Origin: Octopus vulgaris
Taxonomy: Eukaryota
NCBI GenBank assembly: GCA_951406725.2
Contig: OX597823.1
Location: 34,286,001 to 34,350,000, forward strand
Length of the DNA stretch: 64,000 nt
Reading direction: 5' to 3'
Within the stretch, counting starts at the first letter, position 1, and each line of letters begins with the position of its first letter. This document shows positions 52,001 to 62,666 of the stretch, one piece after another. Both the position numbers and the translations under genes were made by a program. The notes below the pieces were generated by a model. It was not told where the DNA came from, did no database searches, and saw only the letters and a list, made by a program, of their open reading frames with translations.

Positions 52001-52834
52001 TTTCACTTGCCTCAACAGGTCTTTGCCAGCAGAGTTTAATGTCCAATGAAGGAAAGGTACGCATAAATGGGCTGGTTACACCCCTATACATATGCGTGTG
52101 TGTTGCATATGAATGAAGACGGCTGTGTGAAAAAATGTCGTACCCTAGCAATAGAGGGAACCTGTAGAAGATGTAGACCCAGGGAAGACCTGGGTGGTGA
52201 GGTGGTGAAGCACAACCTTCAAACATTGGGCCTAACAGAGACGATGACAAGTGACTGAGACCTTTAGAGATATGCTGTGCTTGAGAAGACTTGGCAAGTC
52301 AAGGGAGACCAAATGAAACATGGTCTATGCCAGTGCAACATAGCCAGCCCATTTAGAAAGTACCCTTCAATCATTGGGGAATAAACTTTGCTTGCGAAGA
52401 CCTGTTGAGTCAAGTGACGTTATTGTTGTGGCTGATGCCTGTACCATCTGACTGGCACCCGTACTGGTGGCACATAAAAAGCACCATTCAAGCATGCTTG
52501 ATACCAGTGCCACCCGACTGGCCCTCGTGCCAGTGGGACATTAAACGTACCCACTGTTAGGAAGGGCATCCAGCTGTAGAAACTTTGCCAGATCAAATGG
52601 AGCCTGGTGCAGCCACCTGGCTTGCCAGTCCTCAGACACACCGCATAGAAAGAAGATGTAAAATGACGATGATGATGATCATGACGATGTGTACATATAT
52701 ATATGTATGTATGTATGTATTTATATATTTAAGAAACTAGTACAAATACTTACATTTACTAATCCAAAATAATGTTCATTCACCGGGAATTGATCTGACC
52801 CTATCTCTTTTTCCAGCTGTGAGGCATTGGCACC
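10559..52834 (-). CDS. USP46: USP12/USP46-family ubiquitin carboxyl-terminal hydrolase, spliced CDS (8 exons in window, 351 aa, start exon missing)
   Basis: The exons join in frame with GT-AG boundaries. Cys box [24 protein letters not shown]...CEVC zinc finger, His box [13 protein letters not shown] and C-terminal [10 protein letters not shown] are all recognisable as USP12/46. USP12 versus USP46 cannot be distinguished (likely a single invertebrate orthologue). Confidence 0.97.
10807..12276. mobile_element. Asymmetric hairpin element (Penelope-like architecture) interrupted by the LINE
   Basis: 13-bp direct repeat CAAGTTTCATTTT at 10794-10806 and 12277-12289. 10856-10896 is the inverted repeat of about 12238-12279, and there is a near-perfect palindrome at 12070-12237. 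Confidence 0.8.
10897..12070 (+). mobile_element. 5'-truncated non-LTR retrotransposon (CR1/L2-like), C-terminal half of the reverse transcriptase ORF plus 3' UTR
   Basis: ORF to 11917 has [18 protein letters not shown] (YADD equivalent), [20 protein letters not shown] and [10 protein letters not shown]. It ends in an (ATT)n tail at about 12060-12070. The uninterrupted ORF suggests a young copy. Confidence 0.93.
13052..13563. mobile_element. Head-to-head dimer of a tRNA-headed SINE carrying a hammerhead-like core
   Basis: 13-bp TSD TTTACAAGATCAT at 13039-13051 and 13564-13576. tRNA-like head GGCATATGGCGTAGTGGTTAAGAGCGC...TTGATTCC at about 13329-13400. Minus copy about 13054-13325, plus copy about 13329-13560. 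Confidence 0.88.
13915..14058 (-). CDS. USP46: USP12/46 exon with His box: [29 protein letters not shown]...FDDDIVD
   Basis: 144 nt, acceptor tttcag, donor gtaagt, phase 0/0. Confidence 0.97.
15580..15712 (-). CDS. USP46: USP12/46 exon: [44 protein letters not shown]
   Basis: 133 nt, acceptor ttttag, donor gtaagt, phase 2/0; translated manually. Confidence 0.96.
17181..17341 (-). CDS. USP46: USP12/46 exon: [17 protein letters not shown]...[14 protein letters not shown](R)
   Basis: 161 nt, acceptor tttcag, donor gtttgt, phase 0/2. Confidence 0.96.
17551..18252. mobile_element. Long palindromic (about 590 bp fold-back) element with extra left tail, between TA/CA microsatellites
   Basis: About 17660-17925 is the imperfect reverse complement of about 17953-18245; centre about 17940. 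Confidence 0.85.
19200..20300 (-). mobile_element. Highly degraded LINE remnant (CR1-like)
   Basis: Fragmentary peptides TPSTLDLFL and a (G)DSDH-like endonuclease motif; many stops and frameshifts. Confidence 0.4.
20609..20742 (-). CDS. USP46: USP12/46 exon: (A)EKQGNRSK...[21 protein letters not shown]
   Basis: 134 nt, donor gtaagt, phase 1/0. The acceptor is a tandem AAG-CAG, so the boundary could be 20742 or 20739. Confidence 0.93.
20810..21180 (-). mobile_element. Diverged 3' fragment of the same LINE family as 10897-12070
   Basis: [36 protein letters not shown] matches the end of the 349-aa ORF. Confidence 0.85.
24441..24521 (-). CDS. USP46: USP12/46 exon: (E)[26 protein letters not shown]
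   Basis: 81 nt, acceptor ttcag, donor gtaaga, phase 1/1. Confidence 0.96.
26109..26328 (-). CDS. USP46: USP12/46 exon with catalytic Cys: [17 protein letters not shown]...RLRKEN
   Basis: 220 nt, acceptor tttcag, donor gtaaat, phase 0/1; inside ORF 26077..26451. Confidence 0.97.
27260..28050 (+). mobile_element. Degraded RTE-clade LINE 3' fragment with (GAT)n tail
   Basis: Broken reading frame [22 protein letters not shown]...[11 protein letters not shown]...KLER. It runs into the abundant 3' UTR repeat ending GGAAAGCAGACGTTAAATGATGATG. Confidence 0.75.
30361..30530. mobile_element. piggyBac-like MITE
   Basis: TTAA-CCCTTTTTGTTACC ... CAAAAGGG-TTCA. Confidence 0.65.
30739..31023 (-). mobile_element. 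Third locus of the tRNA-headed hammerhead-like SINE
   Basis: Colinear with the 13 kb and 53 kb copies. It ends in ATATGCCA-GT-GGCATAT, the start of a head-to-head junction. Confidence 0.85.
33322..33546. mobile_element. Tigger/pogo-like MITE
   Basis: Termini CAGTAATCCC... / ...GGAATTACTG, TA on the left flank, internal repeated GATAGGTGAA. Confidence 0.7.
36172..36565 (+). mobile_element. Full-length tRNA-derived SINE (most abundant family in the window)
   Basis: A-box TGGCTGTGTGGTAAG, B-box-like GGTTCAGTCCC, CCTTGGGCAAGTGTCTT core, internal TA/TG microsatellite, AAAAGAGTA tail. About 20 further copies or fragments, e.g. 661-900, 5660-6050, 49120-49480, 57184-57500 (+) and 55110-55980, 58530-59115, 60100-60860 (-). 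Confidence 0.85.
36578..36777. mobile_element. piggyBac-like MITE
   Basis: CCTTTGTTACC ... CAAAAGGG-TTAA; colinear with 30361-30530. Confidence 0.65.
36990..37790 (+). mobile_element. Degraded RTE-like LINE fragment
   Basis: Remnant [17 protein letters not shown]...[11 protein letters not shown]; related piece at about 29580-29880. Confidence 0.55.
37314..37523. mobile_element. piggyBac-like MITE inside an RTE fragment
   Basis: CTAA-CCCTTTCATTAC ... TAATGAAAGGC-TTAA. Related copies at about 30361-30530, 36578-36777 and 57013-57178. Confidence 0.7.
39024..39564. mobile_element. Mariner-derived fold-back element (two inverted 3' ends)
   Basis: TA TSD at 39022-23 and 39565-66, termini TGAGGGTGAGTCAAAAAG, arms about 240 bp. 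ORF 39128..39358 ([15 protein letters not shown]...WLKEQ..FY..GI..L..RW...EKN.DY.EK) matches the mariner transposase C-terminus. Confidence 0.92.
39622..39996. mobile_element. Hairpin element with about 110-bp inverted arms in (TA)n
   Basis: About 39624-39734 is the reverse complement of about 39887-39995. A related, diverged sequence lies at about 16825-17060. Confidence 0.8.
41817..42122. repeat. 64-bp tandem repeat, about 4.8 near-identical copies
   Basis: ATGACTATCTCTGGGATAGGCATGCTACATGAATGCTGGGCTGAAAAAGTGGTCCCACATATAC starts at 41817, 41881, 41945, 42008 and 42071. Confidence 0.95.
44137..44344. mobile_element. MITE with 8-9 bp TSD and repeated subterminal motifs (Mutator/Foldback- or hAT-like), nested in a SINE
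   Basis: CCCAAAACT at 44128-44136 and 44345-44353; GGACAATTACCCC-type repeats on the left, inverted on the right. Confidence 0.75.
44570..45100. repeat. Degenerate low-complexity tandem repeat (AGTAGTATTGGTAGCTAT-like)
   Basis: Recurrent ATTGGT/AGCTAT/AGTAGT motifs at roughly 18-bp spacing. Confidence 0.6.
51215..51514. mobile_element. Asymmetric hairpin element with about 95-bp arms
   Basis: About 51305-51400 pairs with about 51414-51514; additional non-paired sequence lies to the left. Confidence 0.7.
51515..52080 (-). mobile_element. RTE 3' UTR-type repeat with internal roughly 60-bp tandem subunits
   Basis: (CAT)n-GTTTAATGTCTGCTTTCCATGCTGGCATGGG... Similar copies at about 14230-14385, 15090-15525, 21645-22090, 26650-26980, 54285-54625 (minus) and 42220-42620, 46990-47175, 56360-56742, 61390-61660 (plus). 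Confidence 0.8.
52095..52680 (+). mobile_element. RTE-clade LINE 3' end
   Basis: ORF-end remnant (EGTCRR.RPR...[18 protein letters not shown]) followed by the common 3' UTR and (GAT)n tail. Confidence 0.75.
52754..52834 (-). CDS. USP46: USP12/46 exon: [27 protein letters not shown]
   Basis: 81 nt, acceptor ttacag, donor gtaagt, phase 0/0. Not present in the ORF track; translated manually. Confidence 0.95.
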
Positions 52835-52993
52835 CTGTAATGAGAAGATCAATCATCAGTAATAATTTTGGGGTCTAAATTAATAAGGAACAAAATATAG
52901 GGAGACATTTAGCAATAGTTTGTCTAAAAAACAACAACAATGTTACTGTTTCAATGTAGTACCAGATGGACAAAAATTAACATAAATTCTACA

Positions 52994-53290
52994 CATTTAC
53001 AGTTGATGGATTTTTGTCCTCATCTTGTTTGTTGTTAACACAATGTCTTGGCTGATATACCCTCCATCCTTCATTGGGTGTCTTGGGGAAATTTCGAACC
53101 TGGGTTCTCATTCCTAAGGTATTTTTTGATGTAATTATTATTATTATCATTATTATTATTATTATTCAGGTCACTGCCTGGAATCAAACTCGGAATCTTG
53201 GGGTTAGTAGCCTGCGCTCTTAACCACTACGCCATATGCCCATCAAATGTAAATAATGTACATAATTCCTCATCTCTTAAATATAGAACT
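52994..53290 (-). mobile_element. Same tRNA-headed hammerhead-like SINE, preceded by an inverted copy of its own 3' tail
   Basis: 12-bp TSD ATAAATTCTACA at 52982-52993 and 53291-53302. Head ends at about 53241; inverted tail about 53242-53290. Confidence 0.88.
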
Positions 53291-55215
53291 ATAAATTCTA
53301 CAGTCTTCATTATGGGAATACTGGAATAAGTTTGAAACTTGAAGCATGAAGTAACATCTACTAGAATCATCAAAACTTTTGAGCCACTTTTCCCTGTTCC
53401 TACAGGTAAAATGGAATTTCTTGAAACAGATTTTTTGTGGTTGGATATCCTTCCTGTCATTAACCTCCACCTGTTCTCAAGAAAGAATGGAGACGAAGGA
53501 CACCACTGATTGATAGTAATACTTGTTTACAACAATCACATGATATCAAAGCAAGAAGACAGTAACACACACGCACATGCACGCACGCATGCACACACAC
53601 ACGCATGCACACACACACATGCATGCACGCACACACACATGACTGGCTTCTTTCAGTTTCTACCACCAAATTCACTTGCAAAACTTTAGCTGGCCCAGGA
53701 CTATAATAGAACAAAATGGCCCCAGGTGCCACATAGTGGGATTGAACCTACCACACTGCACATGACCTACAATATTCATAACGTCTAATTATAATATTTA
53801 CTACACCACGTTGAACTACAATATTCACCAGGCTACACTTAACTACAATAATCATCACACTACATCTAAGTACAATATTTGCAAGCCACCATGACTCAAC
53901 AGTTTATTTATATCTCTTATGATATAAAACTAATTAGTAACTTACTGAACTTGATATCCTAGATTCAGCAGCTTTGTGCAGACATCGTTGACTCAGTTTA
54001 CTATGAAACAACTACCTCACATTATGATGGAGTCCACCATTAGATGACCATCCATCAATTAAAAAATTTTCATAATAGAAACAGTGACAGAGTGAGGCGA
54101 AGCAGTTGATGCAGTCTCCATTGAAGAAATGGTCATTGTTGCGAATTATGGGAAACAGTGATTTCCAGTGTAGAGACAATGCTGGAGGTTTTACGAGTAG
54201 GGAGAGTTGATTAAATCTACCCTGGTAGGGAGAAAAAAGATGTTAATGAGGACAGGAGTGCATAATTAAATACTGTCCCTGTTATCATCATCATCATTGT
54301 CGTTTAACGTCTGCTTTCCATGCTGGCATGGGTTGAACAGTTTGACTGAGGGATGGCGAGCCAGAAGGCTGCACCAGCTCCAATCTGATCTGGCAACATT
54401 TCTACAGCTGGATGCTCTTCCTAACACCAACCACTCCAAGAGTGTAGTGGGTGCTTTTTATGTGCCACTGGCATGAGGGCCAGTCAGGCAGTACTGGCAA
54501 CGACCACGCTCAAATGGTACTTTTTATGTGCCACCTGCACAGGAGCCAGTCAGGTGGCACTGGCAACGATCATGCTTGAATGGTGCTTATAACTTTCCAC
54601 TGGCACGGGTGCCAATCAGGTGGTTCTATTTCTGATAAATACCTAACACTGGAAAAGATCAGACATGCTGCAACAGGCTGGTACTTATTTTACAGATCCC
54701 TGCAACAAGGATCTGAACTCAGAATTTGAAGTGGTAATCTACCAATTCTGTTGTTCTATAATTTCTTAATGCAAGACCCCCCCCCACCCCATCCATTGGA
54801 CTGTTTGTATAGGTGAAGAGGGTTAAATTGGACGGTGTTATGGAAGTTTTAATCATCTGATGGACAGACCGTGTAAGGATGTGTGATAAGAAGTTTGCTT
54901 CCCACCCACACAGTCCAGGCTCAGTCTCACTGCAGGGCAAGTGTCTTCTATTATTGCCCTGGGCCAACCAAAGCCTTGTATAATTATATGTGTTTAAAAA
55001 CTGTTTGGAAGTGTTATTTGGATAAATCTGGAGGAGAACTTAGGGTCTTGGAATGAAACCTATTTTCCCCATATGTTATATTATTCCTTCATTGCTGATC
55101 CCTTTAGCATTCTTTTATTCTTTTACTTGTTTCAGTCATTTAACTGTGGCCATGGTGTAGGACTACCTTTAGTTGAGCAAATCTACCCCAGGGCTTATTT
55201 TTTGTAAGCCCAGTA

Positions 55216-55697
55216 CCATAAATCCTCGAGTATAATCCGCATTTTTTCCCCCAAATTTAAAGGTCAAAATCCCTGGTGCATACTATATACAAGGTTAAAA
55301 ATGAAAAATATTTTCTAAGAAATGTCTGAGTCTATTTTCTGTCTGGCAATGTTTATTCAGGTGCATTTTGTGATGTCGGGCGCGAAAATACCTTAAGCTA
55401 AGCCTGAAAGCAATGAAGTCATAAGAGAATCATCCATAACTTGCAGTAAGCAACATTTATTAAAATAAAAGTATTCAGAACACTGAATAACATGTAACAA
55501 AAACAATTTGCAAACATATTCACATTCCCATATAACAGTTAAGAACATCACCATTATTGTATTATGCATGCGCGGAAGTGTTTGTTTGACTTAAGTTAGA
55601 AAAGGGGTGCGTATTATACACAAGGTTTAGCTTTTTCAGAGGTACAGCCCCATAAAAATCCCCTGCGTATTATACTCAAGGATTTAAGGATTTACGG
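55216..55697. mobile_element. Tc1/mariner-superfamily (pogo/Tc2-like) MITE nested in a SINE
   Basis: TA TSD at 55214-15 and 55698-99; termini CCATAAATCCTCGAGTATAA / TTATACTCAAGGATTT...TTTACGG. The host SINE resumes exactly (AGTA|CTTATT). Confidence 0.85.
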
Positions 55698-58600
55698 TAC
55701 TTATTCTGTCGGTTTCCTTTCCAAACTGCTGTTACGGGGACATAAACACACCAACATTGGTTTTTAAGCAATGGTGAGGGGACAAACACAGACATACACA
55801 CACACACATATATACACGACAAGCTTCTTTCAGTTTTTGTCAACCAAATCCACTCACAAGTCATTGGTTGGCATAAGGCTATAGTAAAAGACACTTGTCC
55901 AAGACACTGCCATGCAGTGGGACTAAACCCAGAACCATGTGGTTGGGAAGCAAACTTTTTACTACACAATCACTTCTGCACCTATGGTTATATCTTTTTT
56001 TGGACCAATATACCCATGATAGATGCACTTATTTTTGTATTGTACATAACTTCACACACATTATTTACCAATGTTGAATTGATAGAAAACATAGAAAGAT
56101 GTCTTCTACATTGTTAAACAAGATGATCTTTAAATAATCTTGTACTGTTTATCTCTAAATAAAATTTTGTAAAATGTCTTCCACACTGCATAGCTATGTT
56201 TATTATAACTCCGTTTTAAAACTTTTCAGATATTAGCTAGAACATTGCAGTGGAAGAAATACTTTTACAATGATATTTGAAAACAAAACCAACGCCTACA
56301 GCAGATAATTGTGTTCACAAGCATTGGGCCTGTCGGAAGCAAAGTGGCTGAGTTTCATTTGAGCGTTAGGTCTCACAGAGGCAAGGTAGCCAAGTTCTTT
56401 TCAAGTGTTGAGCCTCAGGGAGGCAATAACCAAGACCTTTGACATTATGTCATGCTTGAGAAGAAGACCCAAATCGCAATCATAGCAAATATTGGTGTTA
56501 CACAAATTGGCACCTGTGCCAGGTGCACATAAACACACCCCAGTGTCATGCAAATGGTACCCATGCTGGTGGCATGTAAAAGCACCCATTACACTCTCGG
56601 AGTGGTTGGCATTAGGAAGGGCATCCAGCTGTAGAAAACCATGCCAAATCAGACTGGTGTTTGGTTCAGCCTTCTAGCATGCTAGCCCAGTCAAACCATC
56701 CAACCCATGCCAGCATGGACAGCGGACGTTAAATGATGATGATTTATACCTGCACTTTGGATGTTTTAATTTAGAAAATTCAAGGACAATTGAAGGATAT
56801 TGTTTAATGTGGCTTCAATCTTGATTATGATATATTTGGGGTTTCAAATTCTTGTTTTTTAACCTTAATGATGACAAATCTCTCCTTAGTGAAATTTTCC
56901 AGTGAAATGTTTGGTTAGCAAAATTTCACTTTGGAGAAATTTATCATCATAATATGTATTTATATATTTTTTTCAAATTGCCCAAACCACTTCAACGTAA
57001 CTAATGTTAAAACCTTTTGATACTGCCTGACACTTCCCCTGGTTTCATAGCGATCTGAATGAAATGTTCCAAACACCCACTTGATAATGATAAAATTATT
57101 TTAGTATATATTTCATTACTTCCAAAATTGATTGAAATAAAAGCAGTGCATTTCAACAGAAATTTGGTAACAAAAGGGCTAACGTAGGAGTGGCTGTGTG
57201 GTAAGTAACTTGCTTACCAGCCACATGGTTCCAGGTTCAGTCCCACTGTCTGGCACCTTGGGCGAGCGTCTTCAACTATAGCCTCAGGCCGACCAAAGCC
57301 ATGTGAGTGGATTTGGTAGATGAAAACTGAACGAATCCCATCGTATATATGTACATATATATGCGTGTGTGTGTTTGTCCCCCTCCCCCAACATTGCTTG
57401 ACATGCAATGCTGGTGTGTTTACGTCCCTGTAACTTAGTGGTTCGGCAAAAAGAGACCTAAAGAATAAGTACTAGACTTACAAAGAATAAGTCCTGTGTC
57501 AGATTTTCTAATACGGGTGTTGTGGATTTCTGAAAGGCTTGACAAGGGTGCCTCAAGGCAAAAAAGGGTGGGATACTGTGCCCTAATGACTGCAAAAAGT
57601 AAAAGAATATACAAAAGCACCATCTTCCTTTAATGTCTGCTGTCCATTGCAGATGAGGGTTGGATGGTTTAACAGGATCTGATAATATGGAGGAATGCCT
57701 CGTAAACCAATGTTTGCTTCAGCATCTTAACACCAACCACTTCACTGAAAGTATTGGGGCATCTTCCATGGCACGTCCACTCTCCATGCTGGCATGGATT
57801 AGACAGTTTGATGAGCCAGAGAGGTTCCAGTCTGATTTGGCATGGTTTCTATAGCTGGATGCTCTTCCTAATGCTAACCACTCCAGGAGTGTAATGGGTG
57901 CTTTTACGTTCCACTGGGATGGGTGCCATTTACAAGGCACCGGCAGTGACCCAAATGATTCATGGGTACCATTTGCATGGCACTAGCAATGACTACGACC
58001 AACGACCACAATTCCTGAGGTGCCAATTTACATGGCACCGGCACCAACCGTGAAGATTCACAAGTGCCATTTACATGGTACCATCAATGACCACAACTAC
58101 AATATATGTGTGTGTGTGTGTGTGTATTTAGATCACATGTGAAAAGTATGACACTTGGTTTGAGTGTAAGGATTAGCAGATATTTTCTTGTTTGCAAACA
58201 TATTTGAAAGTGGATAATTTCTATAATTTCTCAAGTAGCCATATAACTAGCACCTCTATTCCACTCAGAGATAATCAATCCTCTACATCACTGCATTTAT
58301 AATAAACAATGTGCAGCAGAGTTTAACTGACAATAGTCATCTTTTCAAAGAACACGACTAATCAAGTAGAGTCTTGTATCTATGTGAGAAAACATTCCAA
58401 ACACAAGGGATGATTTTATATGTCTTTACTGGAAATAGGTCAGTTGGCCAATATATCAGCACAACATTTTCACTTACTACAACAGGTAGTATGTCTGCCC
58501 CCACTCTCTCTCTCACTTTATATATATATTCTTTTATTCTTTTACCTGTTTCAGTTATTTGACTGCGGCCATGCTGAAGCACCACCTTTTAGTTGAGCAA

Positions 58601-58759
58601 ATTGACCCCAGTACTTATTCTTTGTAAGCCTAGTACTTATTCTATCGGTTTCTTTTTGATGAACTGCTAGCTTACGGGGACGTAAACACCCAAGCATTGC
58701 ATGTCAAGCGATGTTGGGGGAGGGGGGATAAACAGAGACACAAACACACATATATATAT

Positions 58760-58942
58760 AGGGAGAATTCATAGAAAAACAAACGATGAAGATGGGTGGT
58801 GTAGACAACAAACAGATGTATTAGTTTAACGCTCGGGAAGTGAAAAAGTCTTTAACATTTCGAGCCTACACTCTTCCACAGAAAGGAACACAGAAAGAAA
58901 CAGGGAGAGAAAATAAAGAATATGTAGTGGCTAGCAATCTAT
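58760..58942 (-). mobile_element. Small insertion within a SINE's TA microsatellite, with variant hammerhead-like motif
   Basis: Minus strand 58885-58850: CTTT-CTGTGGA-A-GAGT-GTAG-GCTC-GAAATGTT-AAAG. Confidence 0.5.
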
Positions 58943-59129
58943 ATACATATATATGACGGGCTTCTTTCAGTTTCCATCTACCAAATCCATTCACAAGCCT
59001 TTGGTCAGCCTGAGACTACAGTAAAAGACAATTACCCAAGGTGCCATGCAGTGCGACTGAACCCAGAACCATGTGGTTGGTAAGCAAGCTACTTACCACA
59101 CAGCCACTCCTGCACCAATATATATATAT

Positions 59130-59168
<39 letters not shown>

Positions 59169-60673
59169 ATATAAACTAAAGTTTCAGTTACATTGAAGTA
59201 TATACACTGTACTAAATTAGACTAATAAAATTACATTTTTAAAGTGAAATGAATACACATGTAAACAGTGTTTTGAAAACACACACACAGAGCATTTGAA
59301 TTTCATAGGTGCAACGTGCCATTGTGCAACAGTTGATAGCAACAGTACATTGACTAGTTGTCTAAAACATAACAAAAGTGGTTTAAGTATAATGAAAGTG
59401 TACGCCATAACAAGACAGCAGAATATCTGTGTTAGTTGTGTTCTAGAAATCACAAGTCACTGCTAAGATTTCACTGGAGATAACATTACCAAACAGCTGC
59501 AACATTGAGATAGATAAGACGATACAACAACAATGAAAGCATTGGCTTAAGCAACTTAGTACTAGCAAAAGAACATGAGATGTCTAGAGCCCCTCCCACT
59601 CACTCCACCACCCTACTTAACTAGACAAAAATGTTTAACCCTAATATTAAATGTAAAAGTTAAGAAATGGAGGGACTAGGAAATATTCCTCCACCTAACA
59701 GGCACAGGATAAGAAGCTCACTTGGCAATCACATGGTTTGGGGTTCAGTCCCACTGCATGGCACTTTGGGCAAATGTCTTCCACTATAGCCCCGGGACAA
59801 CCATTGCATTGTGGAAGCCTGTTGTGTGTGTGTTTCTGTCCATGTTTGTCCCTGCCACCATTTGACAACTACTGTTGGTTTGTTTATGTCCCTGTAACTT
59901 AGCGATTTGGAGTAAGTATCAGACTTTTATGGAATAAGTGTTGTGCATGGGGCTGTGATGTTTGTCTGACTAAAACACTTCAGGGCAGTGCCATAGTATG
60001 GCTGCAGTCCAATGACTGAAACAGGTAAAAGATTCCCCTCTAGGAAGAGTTTTCACCCACTGGGGGCAGGGGGCAATTTGCTGATTCTGAAATTCTTTTC
60101 TTTTTGTTTCAGTCATTTGACTGTGGCCATGCTGGAGCACCGCCTTAAAGAGTGTTAGTCAAAGAAATTGACCCCAGGACTTATTCTTTGTAAGCCTAGT
60201 ACTTATCCAATCAGTCTCTTTTGCCGAACCACTAAGTTATGGGGACGTCAACACACCACCATTGGTTGTCAAGCGATGGCAGGGGGACAAAAAGACACAC
60301 ACACAAACATATATATATATATATATACATACATATATATCAAAGATTTGTAGGTACATGGTACTTCGTTATGCAAACACAACATACTATAAAGTACACT
60401 AAATGTTTTCATAAGTCAGTACCACATTCCAATAACTTAACACCACTGTATGTGGTGGCTACATAAGCAATGTGTTCGGAGGCTATAGTGGGTTCGATGA
60501 GAGCTGAAGAAGGGGCAACAACCCCACTGAAATATGGCTTGTACACTCATTACCCACTTTTGTCTTTGATCACATTGTCTGTTTAGATTTGACATCTCGA
60601 ATACGAAACAACAAAAAATCAGAGCTGGCAATAATTTCTATAGAATATCTGTAGAAATAACCTTAACAAATAA

Positions 60674-60726
<53 letters not shown>

Positions 60727-62619
60727 GATGGGCTTCTTCCAGTTTCCGTCTACCAAATCTACTCACAAGGCTTTGGTCAGTCCAAGGTGCCATGCATTGG
60801 GACTGAACCTGGAACCAGGTGGTTGGGAAGCAAGCTTCTTACGACACACAACCATGCCTATATGTTTTTTTGTTTTTTTTTAACCATAATAATTTTTTTT
60901 TAATCTAAAGGACATTCTGTGAAAAATATGCTAATTTTTTTCTATCACTTTGGTTTTAATGATGTGTATTGTATATTTCTGCAGTTTCTGTACTGCTAAT
61001 GAAGTGGTTTAATTTAGAAGATTGAGGTCTGGTTCCAGTATCTACTCATCATTAGTTTATAAATAAGTGAAATAACATGGTGGGCTATCATTACTGTTAT
61101 TTGAATTTAGGGTAATGGTGTTTAAAAAGTACTTTTTTCTTTGTTGGTTGTTTTATAAGCAAAAAAAAAACAAACAAAACACATACAGGAGTAAATTAAC
61201 TTCAAAAGAGTTGTCAGCGTTGTGGGTAAATGGAAAGGAAAATATCGGGAACTCCTGCTTGAGATAATTTACAAAATATATATCACTCATATTAATACAG
61301 TAGCAAAGACCAATAAAGTATTCTAGCAGGGTCATACATCACATAAACTGAAGTGATGAGGTGCCACCTGGTTTAATAGCACCATTGTTGAATCTTTGAC
61401 TTGACTGGCTTCCGTGCCGGTGGCACGTAAGAAGCACCAACCGATTGTGGCTGTTGCCAGCCTCCACTGGCCCTTGTGCTGGCGGCACATAAAAATCACC
61501 CACTACACTTACGGAGTGGTTGGCATTAGGAAGGGCATCCAGCTGTAGAAACACTGCTAGATCAGACTGGAGCCTGGTGCAGCCTCCTGGCTTCCCAGAC
61601 CCTGGTCAAACCGTCCAACCCATGCTAGCATGGAAAACTGACGTTAAACAATGATGATGATTAACCCACAACATATCCTTCCAATACTTCCTCTCCCTAC
61701 CTTTGTCTACTCTCACTACTTTCCACCTCCTCAATCTCCCATACTTTTTGTTACAATCTTGAGAACTTGTCCACCCACTCACCTCCAATCCCCAGTCTAT
61801 TTTATCATATATACCTTCCTGTAACTTGAGTGTATGTCCTGTCACACCTTCACTTTCTCCTCCCTCTAGCCACCTGAGGTAGTTGTGTTTTTCCTGCACT
61901 GCAAGACACCAATTTCTATCCCTCAGGTGCAGGGTCTTGTCTTTGGCCTCACTGCTGCTGGTACACTCAGTAATGTAAGTGGATATTAGAAAGGGTATTC
62001 TGCTGTAGAAACTACGCCAAAGCATACAATGGTCTCCTCCTGGCTAACCAGCTCCTGTTGAACCATCCAGCCCATGCCAGCAAGGACAAAGTTAAAGGAT
62101 GATGATAATAACTGGCCCTAGGATGTCCCTTTAATGGAGTCTATGCAGCACTGGCACAGGTGCTTTTCATGACACCAGCACACGTGAAAGGTGTAGAAGC
62201 ATATGAATATGTGGAAAACCGTGGTTTTACTTAGCTTGACACATCTCATCAAGTACAGTAAAAATATACATACATATAAATATATAAATATATAAGTCAC
62301 AGTGTGGCTGAATGATTAAAAATTTGTCAACAAAAGTTTCATCTTAATGCTTTGCATCTTGAGTAAAAATTATTTTCTATAGCCTCAGGTCAATCCATAC
62401 CTTGTGAATGAAAATGGGCAAATAGAAATTGTACAGAAACTTATTGGGTGGACTTGGGACTTTTCCTGTAATTAAAAAAAAAAAAGTAGTCTTGTCACAC
62501 ACTGCACTATTATGCAACTGAAACAGTGACAGACCTAAACCAAAACATAAATAATTTTTATAAAACATATAACTAGATCTGTTATGTTTGGAGTTATACT
62601 CTTTATTATTATTTTTATT

Positions 62620-62666
<47 letters not shown>

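Noticed and set aside
57960-57976. Candidate ATG-GT first exon (minus strand ATG|GTACC)
   Set aside because: It lies within an RTE 3' UTR repeat, has a weak donor and no promoter-like context.
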